Origin: a virus
Virus record (IMG/VR): IMGVR_UViG_3300030451_003374
Coordinates: 68,947-132,946 of that record
DNA length: 64,000 bases
Direction: 5' to 3' (one strand)
The position numbers were made by a program, and so were the translations under genes. Shown here piece after piece: positions 27,168 through 36,229 of the stretch. Numbering within the stretch: the stretch's first letter is position 1; the number at the start of each line of letters is the position of its first letter. The notes beneath the pieces are model-generated. The model saw only the letters and a list, made by a program, of their open reading frames with translations. It did no database searches and was not told where the DNA came from.

Positions 27168-28144
27168 ACTTTTTTCCAAGTTTGTAGTTTTAGTTTGGCT
27201 TTTAATCCTGTATATGTGTTGGATTCTAGCAGAGAATTAACATCATGTCCAGCTAAAACCATGTCATTGATGTCTTTTTCTCTGATTTGTGTGGGAAATA
27301 TCACCACCTTGTGGGATTTCTCGATGGATTTAGTAATCTTAGAGACGATTTCCCTGTTCCTTGGTTCGTTGTCGAAGACGTAGGTAAATTCCAAATCACC
27401 ATACCCGCTAAGATCCACGTCACTACCGCACATAGCAATGGAATTATCAATGAACGTTGAGTCAAATGGTCCTTCTGTGACATAAACCTGTTTCGTTTCA
27501 TCTATTGTATCAAACCCATACACTTTGGGGTGATCTTCCACTAACATCAGGGTCAAATATTTAGGTTGTACGAACCCGTCCAAAGCACGTCCTTGAAGAC
27601 CAATCAATCTCTTATTTGAGTCGTACATTGGGATTACGATACGTGCATGTTCATCACGAACATTAGTAAATGTCGGTTTGATAGTATTACAGAAGTGCTT
27701 GAACCTCTCAGCGTAATAGAACTTGTCTGGATCTAGTTTACGGTTCTTTAAATAGGAAGTTGCCCTAGCATTCTCAGATGCTAAAGGCAAATCAATTTTC
27801 TTTTTGAATACAGGTTTATTGATTATCTTCTTGAAGTCTGGTTCAGGTGTGGTCGTTGCCTTGCCTGTCAGACCTTCTTTATATCGCTCCAGAACGTACT
27901 GATCATACAGTTGAGGGTCTTGATCCTTTAGAAAGTTTGTGAAGGATCTGGAGAGACCACAGTTATGACATTTGAAATTGAAATCTGTCTTGACTTGGTA
28001 CAGATATCCTCTAGTTTTGTTCTTATTCTTCTTCGAGTCACCACAATAAGGACACCTGAACGTATAGAGATTGTTCTTTGTCCTTTTGAATTTACCAAGT
28101 CGAGCAGATACCAAACTTATATACTTGGCATCAATGTGAATCAT
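27164..28144 (-). CDS. gp61: DNA primase (T4 gp61)
   Basis: Zn finger CPYCGDS...CHNC; TOPRIM motifs VTEGPFDS, FDNEPRN, KDINDM. Confidence 0.95.
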   Translation of the reverse strand: MIHIDAKYISLVSARLGKFKRTKNNLYTFRCPYCGDSKKNKNKTRGYLYQVKTDFNFKCHNCGLSRSFTNFLKDQDPQLYDQYVLERYKEGLTGKATTTPEPDFKKIINKPVFKKKIDLPLASENARATSYLKNRKLDPDKFYYAERFKHFCNTIKPTFTNVRDEHARIVIPMYDSNKRLIGLQGRALDGFVQPKYLTLMLVEDHPKVYGFDTIDETKQVYVTEGPFDSTFIDNSIAMCGSDVDLSGYGDLEFTYVFDNEPRNREIVSKITKSIEKSHKVVIFPTQIREKDINDMVLAGHDVNSLLESNTYTGLKAKLKLQTWKKV

Positions 28145-28153
28145 TACAAAGGT

Positions 28154-28537
28154 TTAGTTTTCCCTTATGATAGCAGACGTCGTATTAGTGGTCAAGTTTC
28201 TTATGAAGATTTGTCCAAGAGGTGAGACCACGAAACTTATAATGGTCAACGCTCCTGCTATAGTCCACATCTTCTGCTCTATAGTACGAAGACGCTTATC
28301 TACTAGCATTATATCTCTCTCACATCCTTTCTTTATTTCTTTTGCATGACGATCTAACTTCTCATCAACCTGTTCTATCTTCTCAAACAGTACTGCATCT
28401 ATCCTATCCTGTTTATCTAACTTCTCATTGTGAACAGCAAGCAACTGTCCCATCTTGACTGAGTTCTCTTGCAGGGACTCTACAATTCTCTCTAGTCTTT
28501 CTAATATAGCATTATTAGCAGCATTACTTGGGTCCAC
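28154..28537 (-). CDS. Coiled-coil protein with C-terminal TM helix
   Basis: Heptad-rich N-terminus; WTIAGALTIISFVV. Confidence 0.7.
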   Translation of the reverse strand: MDPSNAANNAILERLERIVESLQENSVKMGQLLAVHNEKLDKQDRIDAVLFEKIEQVDEKLDRHAKEIKKGCERDIMLVDKRLRTIEQKMWTIAGALTIISFVVSPLGQIFIRNLTTNTTSAIIREN

Positions 28538-28724
28538 TGTTCATCCATCTACGACGTGATCCATGACCAGCAGTTGCATACTTTTTCTTCTTCTTTGGTT
28601 TCATCCCTTTGTCATACCCTGACACAGGACCTTCGTCATCTGCTTGCGAGGAGAAACCTGCCTTCCCAGTGCTACCAGGATCGGTGGACATCATCTCTTC
28701 TCTTATACTTTTCCAATCCTTCAT
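28524..28724 (-). CDS. Small basic protein, candidate internal head protein
   Basis: MKDWKSIREE N-terminus; KPKKKKKY. Confidence 0.6.
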   Translation of the reverse strand: MKDWKSIREEMMSTDPGSTGKAGFSSQADDEGPVSGYDKGMKPKKKKKYATAGHGSRRRWMNSGPK

Positions 28725-29095
28725 TAGATAGAATTCAGAATAACGTATGCTTCCTTGTGTGTTTGTATACTATCGAGACCAGTCTTAGGAAAATCTGGTA
28801 TTCGATTCAGGAATTGTAAGAAAGTTTTGATAAGAGACCAATACTCTTTATCAATCTTGTAGAAGAATAACGGTATTGCACCTTCGCCAAATACATTAAA
28901 ACAAATAATCATATGGTTGAGTATCAGGTGATGCTTTAGTTCCCCTGATACTACATATTTCTTCATCAACCTTTTGATATACTTGAATCTTTTTAAGTCC
29001 TCCTCAAAGTCTTCCATGGTGGCAGCATGAGGATTTTCATAATGTTTTATAGCAAATAGCACATAATTGTCATCATTTAGTTCATCAAATTTCAT
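28724..29095 (-). CDS. Conserved T4-like marine phage hypothetical protein
   Basis: MKFDELNDDNYVLFAIKHYENP...LILNHMII. Confidence 0.75.
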   Translation of the reverse strand: MKFDELNDDNYVLFAIKHYENPHAATMEDFEEDLKRFKYIKRLMKKYVVSGELKHHLILNHMIICFNVFGEGAIPLFFYKIDKEYWSLIKTFLQFLNRIPDFPKTGLDSIQTHKEAYVILNSI

Positions 29096-29112
29096 TTAGA
29101 TTCATTGCCTTT

Positions 29113-29682
29113 TTAGGCTTCTACTGTTAAAGTTCCAGCAGCAGTACCGATAGCAGCAGAATTAGTGATAGTAGACGCTGTGTTAGTGCCTGTATCCTTG
29201 ATAGTTCCACCGTTTAGTCCAACAGCATTTGCTCCAATTGATAGTACGTCGCCAGCGTTAGTGTCGTTAGCAGCAGCACCAATGGTCTTACTAAAGACTA
29301 ATTCATTAGTTGTTGTACCACTAGCATATGAAGCGGTAACGTTTCTTGCTACTGTATCGTTAGTGATAGTCAACTGAGGAGTTCCAGTTACGTCAACTGC
29401 CTCATTGAATCTGACTCTAACTTGTAGTACACCACCAGCAGACTTGTCAAACGCTGTAGATATAAATTCAATCTCAGTAATGTCAGCAGCACCTAGTGAT
29501 ACCGCTAGTCCACTAATAGCGACTAAGAGTTCAGGATCAGCGTCAGTGTTGTTATTACCACTAAGTGCTGAACCAGCTTCTCTTACCCAACCACTAGCGT
29601 TAGCAAAGACTTCTTTCTTCTCAGCAGTTGTCAAGTTCTTTGGCTTAGATTCATCAGAATCTGATGCTCCCCAGAGTGCCAT
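29113..29682 (-). CDS. Putative virion structural protein (beta-rich)
   Basis: MALWG N-terminus, Ig-like VRFNEAVDVTGTPQL, late promoter upstream. Confidence 0.65.
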   Translation of the reverse strand: MALWGASDSDESKPKNLTTAEKKEVFANASGWVREAGSALSGNNNTDADPELLVAISGLAVSLGAADITEIEFISTAFDKSAGGVLQVRVRFNEAVDVTGTPQLTITNDTVARNVTASYASGTTTNELVFSKTIGAAANDTNAGDVLSIGANAVGLNGGTIKDTGTNTASTITNSAAIGTAAGTLTVEA

Positions 29683-29711
29683 GTCGTTCTTTTCCTCGTT
29701 TTACGTTTTAC

Positions 29712-29719
29712 TATTTATC
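29712..29719 (-). promoter_or_regulatory. T4-type late promoter (GATAAATA)
   Basis: 7/8 match 30 nt before ATG 29682. Confidence 0.55.
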
Positions 29720-29912
29720 CTTTGGCTTTGATTGCCTTAGCTACTGTTTCAAGTAGTCTATCGTCCATGTCAGTCTTTGTAAGCTTTACTGCTTTACCTA
29801 GAATGATTAGACACACTTCTATTAGTTTTTCACCCAACTCTTCGTTGTCAGGTATCTTGTCTACAGCATCAGTAATGATTTTTGTAGCAAATGGAAGTAA
29901 AAATCCTAACAT
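29715..29912 (-). CDS. Small conserved cyanophage protein
   Basis: 65-aa helical ORF co-oriented with its neighbours. Confidence 0.65.
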   Translation of the reverse strand: MLGFLLPFATKIITDAVDKIPDNEELGEKLIEVCLIILGKAVKLTKTDMDDRLLETVAKAIKAKG

Positions 29913-29949
29913 AATAATCCCTAAAGTTCCTTAGTATATAGGATATTAT

Positions 29950-30261
29950 TTACACTCCTTTCAATAATCTATCTAACAGTCCCTTACCACGTCTCTTACC
30001 CTCTGTAGGGTCATACTTAGTGTTCATCATATCCTTGTTTGCTTGACTCTGAGCATCCTTCTTACCACCGTCATTGATACCAGTGACATTACCTTCCTTT
30101 ACACCCTTAGGCACACCCATTCTCTGCATAGAACTGAACATTCTAATTGCTTTTCTTCTTTGATATGCATCAGTAAGATCAAGACCTTTATCCTTTGCAA
30201 GATCTTTGTAATCATTATAAGGTGCTGGCATTTCAGTTACAAATTGTTTATAACTCTTCAT
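29950..30261 (-). CDS. Candidate internal head protein with capsid-targeting-like N-terminus
   Basis: MKSYKQFVTE compared with the T4 CTS MKTYQEFIAE. Confidence 0.65.
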   Translation of the reverse strand: MKSYKQFVTEMPAPYNDYKDLAKDKGLDLTDAYQRRKAIRMFSSMQRMGVPKGVKEGNVTGINDGGKKDAQSQANKDMMNTKYDPTEGKRRGKGLLDRLLKGV

Positions 30262-32345
30262 GTTCCTAATCCTTTACCAGATTTCATGTTCTCCTTACTA
30301 CCATACCTTGCTCTAGCATTTACATAAGACTTTGTATCACTACCATAACCCATCTCTTTAGTATCTTTCTTGAGTTGTTGCTTCTCTTTATGTCTAGCAA
30401 GATACTTACCAACACCAGTAGACTTCTGACCCTTCACCTTCTTAGGTTGGTTGCTACCACTCCTCATTATCTGACCCTTATACTTTTTCTTTACAGCATC
30501 AAGAGCAGCGTCCTTTACTTTAGGACCTGTAGGTTTCTTGGTACCACCTTTATCATAACCCTTCTCTTTCTTTAGACGAGTTGCTTCAGTCTGCATCTCT
30601 TCCTTCTTGAAGTTCTTGATTGCATTGTCAATGTTACTTGCTATAGATGGTTTTTCTGTCTTAGTTTTAGTGAAAGTATTCTTAATACCTTTTACAAGAC
30701 CATCTTTTTTGATGTTCTTGATGGCATTTACTCCTGTCTTTACATTACTGATTGTATTTCTTACAGATGTACCACCAATATTAAGATCTGTTCCAGCAGT
30801 TCCAAACTTTAGTGCTACAGATGTCTCTTTGACTACTTCTTCCTTCTTCAATAGACCATCTTTGATATCTTTTGTATGAGATTTTCTAAAGTCCTTCTTA
30901 CTTTCATCCTTTCCTTTAAGACTATAAACAGAAGACTTACTCAACTTACCAGACTTCTTACCACCCTTTGCTTGGTAGGATACATTTGGTGAGTATTCTT
31001 TAAGTTCATAATGATCTCTTAGATCATCAGGCACATTGTCCTCACTACCTGATATCTTAGCAGCATACTCTCTTCTCTTGAGCATTCTTCTACCTCTAGC
31101 ACCAGCGTCTTGTGCTTTCTGTGGTTTCTTTTCTGTCTCCTTAGCCTTAGGTTTAGATGTCCTTCTAAAACTAAACTTTATCTCAGTTAGAGTCTCTTCA
31201 CTCCAATCCTTTCTAACATACTCCTTACCACCAGGTCCAATGTCAGTTACCTTAGTCTTGATAGGTCTATTGACCTTGATCTTGACCATCTTTTTCTTCT
31301 CTACAATAGTCTCTTCCTTTTTTATTTTCGCTAGATCTTTATGTAGTTCTCTATACTGTGCTTTACTATCACCAGATCTTTTATTTGACTTATCCATCCT
31401 CTTATTTTTACCCACAGTCTTATATCCACCAGTGGTATATCTTTTTTGATAGAATCCTTCAGTCATCTCACCTTCTGGTTCGTGTGATTGATTCAATTGC
31501 TGAAGAAGTTTATTCTTCTGATCGTTTGCAGATTTTATCTTATTAAGATTAGTACCAGGTGTGTTGATAGATTTCTTCATCTGGTTTCTTGCCTTCATAC
31601 CCTGAGAAAACTTCCATGCAGCAAGACCAGCAGCAGTCAATGCTGCACCTGTAGTGAATACACCTTCTTGTTGTGTTGATTCCCAATGTGATGTGTCTCC
31701 ACCTGAGTTCCTTATCTTCTGTAGGTGCTGATCCTTAGTAATATTAGGCTTCATAATAGGTCTATTCCAGACCTCTTTTGCTTTGTTGACTATCTTCTTA
31801 CCTATCTTCTTCAAGTCTAATTCATATATGTACTCGTCAGAAAACTTTACACGTCTGGACACAGGTGTAGTAGTACCTGATGGATTAGTAACTCCCTTTG
31901 TTACTCTTGCATTACCCTTCTTCTTTGAACCACTCTTGAAATCTCTATGAGTTTTGTTGAACTCTTTAGTAGACATGGTATGATACGCATCCTTATCTTC
32001 CTTTACACTCTTCTTTCTTCTATTGATTTCCTTCTCTATTCTTTTCTTCATGAAAGAGTTGGCAGGACTCTGATCCATACCACTAAACTTCTTATGAGCA
32101 GCAGCGAGTTTCTCATCACTCTGCCTCCTCATCTTAGCGTCTTCACTTACAGATTCCTTTTTCATTTTCTTTTCAGGTAGTCCTTTATGTTTAGTTGATG
32201 CAAACTTCTTTGCATCTTTCATCTTTATGCTGGCAGCAGTTCTGGCAACCTCAGGTGAGGTAGCTTTCGCTTCACCTTTCTGAGCCGCTCTAACCATCCC
32301 GAAGAATCTTTGTTGTTTTCGGGAGACTGCTTTTTCATTTAGCAT
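30258..32345 (-). CDS. 695-aa Lys-rich modular protein, candidate internal head polyprotein
   Basis: Basic modules separated by acidic [LIVM]-x-E junctions. Confidence 0.7.
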   Translation of the reverse strand: MLNEKAVSRKQQRFFGMVRAAQKGEAKATSPEVARTAASIKMKDAKKFASTKHKGLPEKKMKKESVSEDAKMRRQSDEKLAAAHKKFSGMDQSPANSFMKKRIEKEINRRKKSVKEDKDAYHTMSTKEFNKTHRDFKSGSKKKGNARVTKGVTNPSGTTTPVSRRVKFSDEYIYELDLKKIGKKIVNKAKEVWNRPIMKPNITKDQHLQKIRNSGGDTSHWESTQQEGVFTTGAALTAAGLAAWKFSQGMKARNQMKKSINTPGTNLNKIKSANDQKNKLLQQLNQSHEPEGEMTEGFYQKRYTTGGYKTVGKNKRMDKSNKRSGDSKAQYRELHKDLAKIKKEETIVEKKKMVKIKVNRPIKTKVTDIGPGGKEYVRKDWSEETLTEIKFSFRRTSKPKAKETEKKPQKAQDAGARGRRMLKRREYAAKISGSEDNVPDDLRDHYELKEYSPNVSYQAKGGKKSGKLSKSSVYSLKGKDESKKDFRKSHTKDIKDGLLKKEEVVKETSVALKFGTAGTDLNIGGTSVRNTISNVKTGVNAIKNIKKDGLVKGIKNTFTKTKTEKPSIASNIDNAIKNFKKEEMQTEATRLKKEKGYDKGGTKKPTGPKVKDAALDAVKKKYKGQIMRSGSNQPKKVKGQKSTGVGKYLARHKEKQQLKKDTKEMGYGSDTKSYVNARARYGSKENMKSGKGLGT

Positions 32346-33093
32346 TGAACAGCTTGAGTGCGTCAGTCTCTACTTTATCCATTAGAGATTCCTTTTCACA
32401 TTTAGGAACAACCTTTCCCTTCTTCATTTGTGTCCCTGCTCTCTTATAACCTGTCCAACACTGGGTAGTCCCCACATTCTTACTTGCTTGAGACATCTTC
32501 TCTAGTAATCTATCTCTTGCCTCAGTTTTCATCTCAGGATTGATCTCGATCTTGTTCTTTACACCAGTTGTTTTGATGTCTAACTTCTCACCTTTAGTTG
32601 CTTCTTCAACTGAACTAGGTGTTCCATCTGCTTCATCTTCATGCTCAATGACATTACCATCTTCATCCTTTTGATGATGCTCAACTATTTCTAACCCTAG
32701 GTCTGCTCTCCAGTCTTCCTTCTTCAACTTCGCTCTCTTTGCCTTAGTCTTAGCAATGACTCTATCTCTTGCTTCAGATGCTGCCTTGTTAGGACCATCA
32801 TATGCCATAGCACCTTTAGCAGTTCTTGGTGGCTTCTTCTTTTCTTCCTGCTTCTGACCAATCCTTACTTTACCATCTCCTTTGTATATACCATATGCTG
32901 TACCTTCTGAACGAGTGTCCTGACCATCTGGTGTACCACCTTTCTTCTTCTGTATAGCATTATGAACTACACCAGCATGTTCTTTAGAACCACTTTCAAC
33001 CTTACCATCACCATCATAATCTTTCTTTGCTTTCTTCTCATGCAAATAAGGTGATCTTAGATCATCGTATACTTGTGTAAAGGGATTACTCAT
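32335..33093 (-). CDS. Charged protein with DxDxDG loop, candidate internal head protein
   Basis: DYDGDGKVE, CWTGY...VPKC; start moved to ATG 33093, downstream of the late promoter. Confidence 0.65.
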   Translation of the reverse strand: MSNPFTQVYDDLRSPYLHEKKAKKDYDGDGKVESGSKEHAGVVHNAIQKKKGGTPDGQDTRSEGTAYGIYKGDGKVRIGQKQEEKKKPPRTAKGAMAYDGPNKAASEARDRVIAKTKAKRAKLKKEDWRADLGLEIVEHHQKDEDGNVIEHEDEADGTPSSVEEATKGEKLDIKTTGVKNKIEINPEMKTEARDRLLEKMSQASKNVGTTQCWTGYKRAGTQMKKGKVVPKCEKESLMDKVETDALKLFNAK

Positions 33094-33116
33094 TTCTTTC
33101 CTAAGTCTTATCGTAT

Positions 33117-33124
33117 TATTTATC
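33117..33124 (-). promoter_or_regulatory. T4-type late promoter (GATAAATA)
   Basis: 24 nt upstream of ATG 33093. Confidence 0.55.
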
Positions 33125-34022
33125 AAAAATCAAGTGGCAGGAATAGTTTGTCTACTTCTTTTGCCTCTGATATCCATGCTCTAAAGATTTCTTTATTCTC
33201 ATCAACACAAATTAGATGGTTAGCACCACGTCTAAAGATCTGTCCTACTCTACTGTGTGACTCAATCATAGCACCGTTTTTGAATATATCTCCTGCCAAA
33301 TATTGCTCTCTTATAGTACGTTCATCTACAGGTATGACGTTCATCATAATATAATTGTAGAGTTGACCGTTTGCTTTCAATGCTAGCTCTGAGATTTCTT
33401 TTGCTCTGGACTGTCGTACAACGATATTAATTGCGTCAAATCCATTTTCATAGAGGGATTGTAAGACGTCGTAGATTGTTTCTGCGTTTGCATCGTCAAC
33501 GATGGACTCGCTAATCTTAGGATATGCATTCTTTAGTTCCTCAATTTCAGTGTCTCTACTTGGAAATATGTAGAAGTATTCTCCACCTGATACTTCCTCT
33601 ACTGTAGCAAGTATGTTATCGGTGACATCATCTTTGTCAAATTTATCAAACGCAATCGTAAGTGGGTTCTCTCTACTGACATTCTGTAGTGCTGCCTTTG
33701 CCTGTCCATTGGCAGAGTTTGGATTAGGTTGTGCTGTTTGTACTGACCTTGCTGCAACTTTACTTGCAAGTGAAGGTCCGTCATCACCAGAACCACGTTT
33801 AGCAACTGTTGCTGCTGCACTTGATCCAGCAGTACCCATCTCATCATCACCACTGCCTTGACCACTGAACATCTTAAGTTCACCCTTGACAGTCTTTGCC
33901 TTCAGGTTTCCTTGTCTGTCATACCAGTCTCCATGACCGTCACCAACGAGACCTAAACGCTTCGCTTCTTGCGATGCTTTAGTGGTTCTTGCTTCAGTTA
34001 TGAATTGTGTGAACTGTTTCAC
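33123..34022 (-). CDS. Cytidylyltransferase-like protein lacking the HxGH motif, CTS-like N-terminus
   Basis: MKQFTQFITEA...GDGHGDWYD N-terminus; TIAFDKFDKDDVTDNIL occupies the place of FGRFNPPTxGH. Confidence 0.55.
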   Translation of the reverse strand: MKQFTQFITEARTTKASQEAKRLGLVGDGHGDWYDRQGNLKAKTVKGELKMFSGQGSGDDEMGTAGSSAAATVAKRGSGDDGPSLASKVAARSVQTAQPNPNSANGQAKAALQNVSRENPLTIAFDKFDKDDVTDNILATVEEVSGGEYFYIFPSRDTEIEELKNAYPKISESIVDDANAETIYDVLQSLYENGFDAINIVVRQSRAKEISELALKANGQLYNYIMMNVIPVDERTIREQYLAGDIFKNGAMIESHSRVGQIFRRGANHLICVDENKEIFRAWISEAKEVDKLFLPLDF

Positions 34023-34240
34023 TTCAATTTTTCGTAGATTGATTTCTTGTTGGATTCAATATAATGGAGTCCAACATATTGCATTTGCTTATATTTATCT
34101 ATGGCTCCAGTTATAGCATAGAAAAAGCGTTGGAAGTCTTCAACTTCTTTAACCATGATCTGTTTTCGACGAGTCTTCTGTATCTTGTAGACCTCGATCA
34201 CCTCATCAATCAATTGATTCAATTCGGACGACTGCTTCAT
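34019..34240 (-). CDS. Hypothetical protein
   Basis: 73-aa ORF overlapping both neighbours in operon fashion. Confidence 0.6.
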   Translation of the reverse strand: MKQSSELNQLIDEVIEVYKIQKTRRKQIMVKEVEDFQRFFYAITGAIDKYKQMQYVGLHYIESNKKSIYEKLK

Positions 34241-35027
34241 TTAATTTAATACCCTCCTTAGTTAGTCCTCGACCTTTGGGTCGAATATCCACATAGGTCT
34301 TTGATGTGACCTCTCTTACAAGTGTAGCATCTATTCTACGTAGATACTTATCAGTCAATATAAAGTTAGCAGTCTTGTCATTATTGACGCCAAAAGCAAT
34401 TCTACCTGTCAATGCTTCCCTGACTAACTCCTCCTTGAATGATTGAAATACTTTTGATCCTTCTGGCATTTTTCTTGACCCTAGTATATCTTGCAGTGTC
34501 TCATTTATACCACCCTCCTTCTTTGCTTCTCTCATAAGTCTATCCATTATAGGTTTCTCTTGTCTTTTAGGTCCGTCAAATACTTCTGATAGTTCTGTTA
34601 GCACTGAGGCAACTTTCTTTACTTGCAACCCACCAAGACCCCCACTAAAAGATACTTTTGTTAGTACGTCATTCAATACCTTTACAGAACTCTCTATACC
34701 AGCAGAAGATAATTGGAATCTACCTCCATATTTTAGAGAGCATCTATGTTTGACACCATTCTTTCTGAATATGATATCTGTTTTTGGTTCAGGTCTTTGT
34801 CCACCCATCAATATAAAAGAGTCATAGAATACGTCATTACCTCTAATAGTATTTCTACTGCCACCTATACTATCCACCATTCTATCTGCTGCATTTTGTA
34901 TAGCAGCTTCTATAGGTTTACCATTGAAGAATGCCAGCATGGCTTGCTTAGTAAGACTAGGATTTTTTATCCTACTATAAGCAGATTTCATTACTGCAAA
35001 TTCAAATTGTTTACCTCTGTCTATCAT
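34206..35027 (-). CDS. Putative restriction-endonuclease-fold nuclease
   Basis: GKQFE helix, PKTDI...SLK. Confidence 0.45.
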   Translation of the reverse strand: MIDRGKQFEFAVMKSAYSRIKNPSLTKQAMLAFFNGKPIEAAIQNAADRMVDSIGGSRNTIRGNDVFYDSFILMGGQRPEPKTDIIFRKNGVKHRCSLKYGGRFQLSSAGIESSVKVLNDVLTKVSFSGGLGGLQVKKVASVLTELSEVFDGPKRQEKPIMDRLMREAKKEGGINETLQDILGSRKMPEGSKVFQSFKEELVREALTGRIAFGVNNDKTANFILTDKYLRRIDATLVREVTSKTYVDIRPKGRGLTKEGIKLNEAVVRIESID

Positions 35028-36229
35028 TAGTACATGTTTTTTCTTTCATCTCTAGAGAACCCCTTTACTTCTGGAGTATTTGCTCCAAAGGTTTTCTTTA
35101 TCACTCTTATATATTCGTCATTCAATTCAAGTCCAGTGACCTGATCTTCAAAATTGAATCCTCCTTGTACCCTACGCCTATTAGATGATGGGGTCTTTAG
35201 TTTATGATCTCTATAAAACTTATCACCATTCTGCTCGTATATAAACTGTTTCAATGGCATCTTATACTCAGGTATTTCTTGCCAACTGTTTATATAGTCC
35301 TGATTTGTGACCGCCCACCTCTGAAAGTTAGGTGTATCAAAGAAGTGAAACGCATTATTGAGTGGTGGATAAGGTGCTATATTATATTGTTCATGACATC
35401 TGACCTGACAGTACTGATACTTGATCATGAAACACCATGCCCAAGTCCATTGCTTTAGACTAACATCTTTCTTGTTCAGAACACACATCAATGACTGATG
35501 GCATATTTCTGCCACCCAATCAGGAATTACCTTATTGAAATGACCATTTCTAACTTCTTGTGGGTATAAAAATACTCTTGCTGAACCCATTATATTGTCT
35601 CCTATCTCACCTGTGACAAATAAATTGTTAGTATCTTTTACGTATGGAATCAGAGGAGTTCTAAGAGCAAATCTTTCGTTGACGTATCCATGATTGATAG
35701 CAGTTATGTTACTATACTTACCTGTCTCTAGATCATTCCACCCTGTTGTACACTCTTTCTTTGCTGAGACATCGTAGTGTACATTGATTGGTATATTTGT
35801 TCTAGCAAAAGCATATAGAGCAGTGGTGCTATCAATACCACCTGACCATAATAAGTTTATCTTTCTTCCATTAGAATTATCATTGATAACGTTGACAGCA
35901 TCCTCACACACATTATCAAATGACATATCAGTGTGAAGGTTGGTAGGTAGTGGTGATATTATTTTGTATGGGTGTTTGGGTACAATTTTACCTCTCCTAC
36001 ATACACATCTAGTCCTAAAATATCTGTTGAGTGCGTTCTCTTTGTTAGTAAAATTACCTTTATAATACCATCCCTTCCCCTCCTTGTTTTTCAGACCCCT
36101 AGGCATATATTCAGTGCTCCATTTATAATCATAAGGAGGTTCAAGACTACCATCTTCAGACCATGAATGATTGTTACGGTCTGGATGCATAGACTCTAAT
36201 ATATTTTCATCTAGTTCTTGATATCCCAC
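35027..36229 (-). CDS. PP-loop ATP pyrophosphatase, Asn-synthetase C-terminal-like, paralog A
   Basis: INLLWSGGIDSTT and FVTGEIGDNIMG. Confidence 0.7.
   Translation of the reverse strand: MGYQELDENILESMHPDRNNHSWSEDGSLEPPYDYKWSTEYMPRGLKNKEGKGWYYKGNFTNKENALNRYFRTRCVCRRGKIVPKHPYKIISPLPTNLHTDMSFDNVCEDAVNVINDNSNGRKINLLWSGGIDSTTALYAFARTNIPINVHYDVSAKKECTTGWNDLETGKYSNITAINHGYVNERFALRTPLIPYVKDTNNLFVTGEIGDNIMGSARVFLYPQEVRNGHFNKVIPDWVAEICHQSLMCVLNKKDVSLKQWTWAWCFMIKYQYCQVRCHEQYNIAPYPPLNNAFHFFDTPNFQRWAVTNQDYINSWQEIPEYKMPLKQFIYEQNGDKFYRDHKLKTPSSNRRRVQGGFNFEDQVTGLELNDEYIRVIKKTFGANTPEVKGFSRDERKNMY

Noticed and set aside
30258-32345. Tandem-repeat or frameshifted pseudogene explanation for the Lys-rich ORF
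   Set aside because: The blocks are not sequence repeats of each other, and the frame stays open for 695 codons in AT-rich DNA
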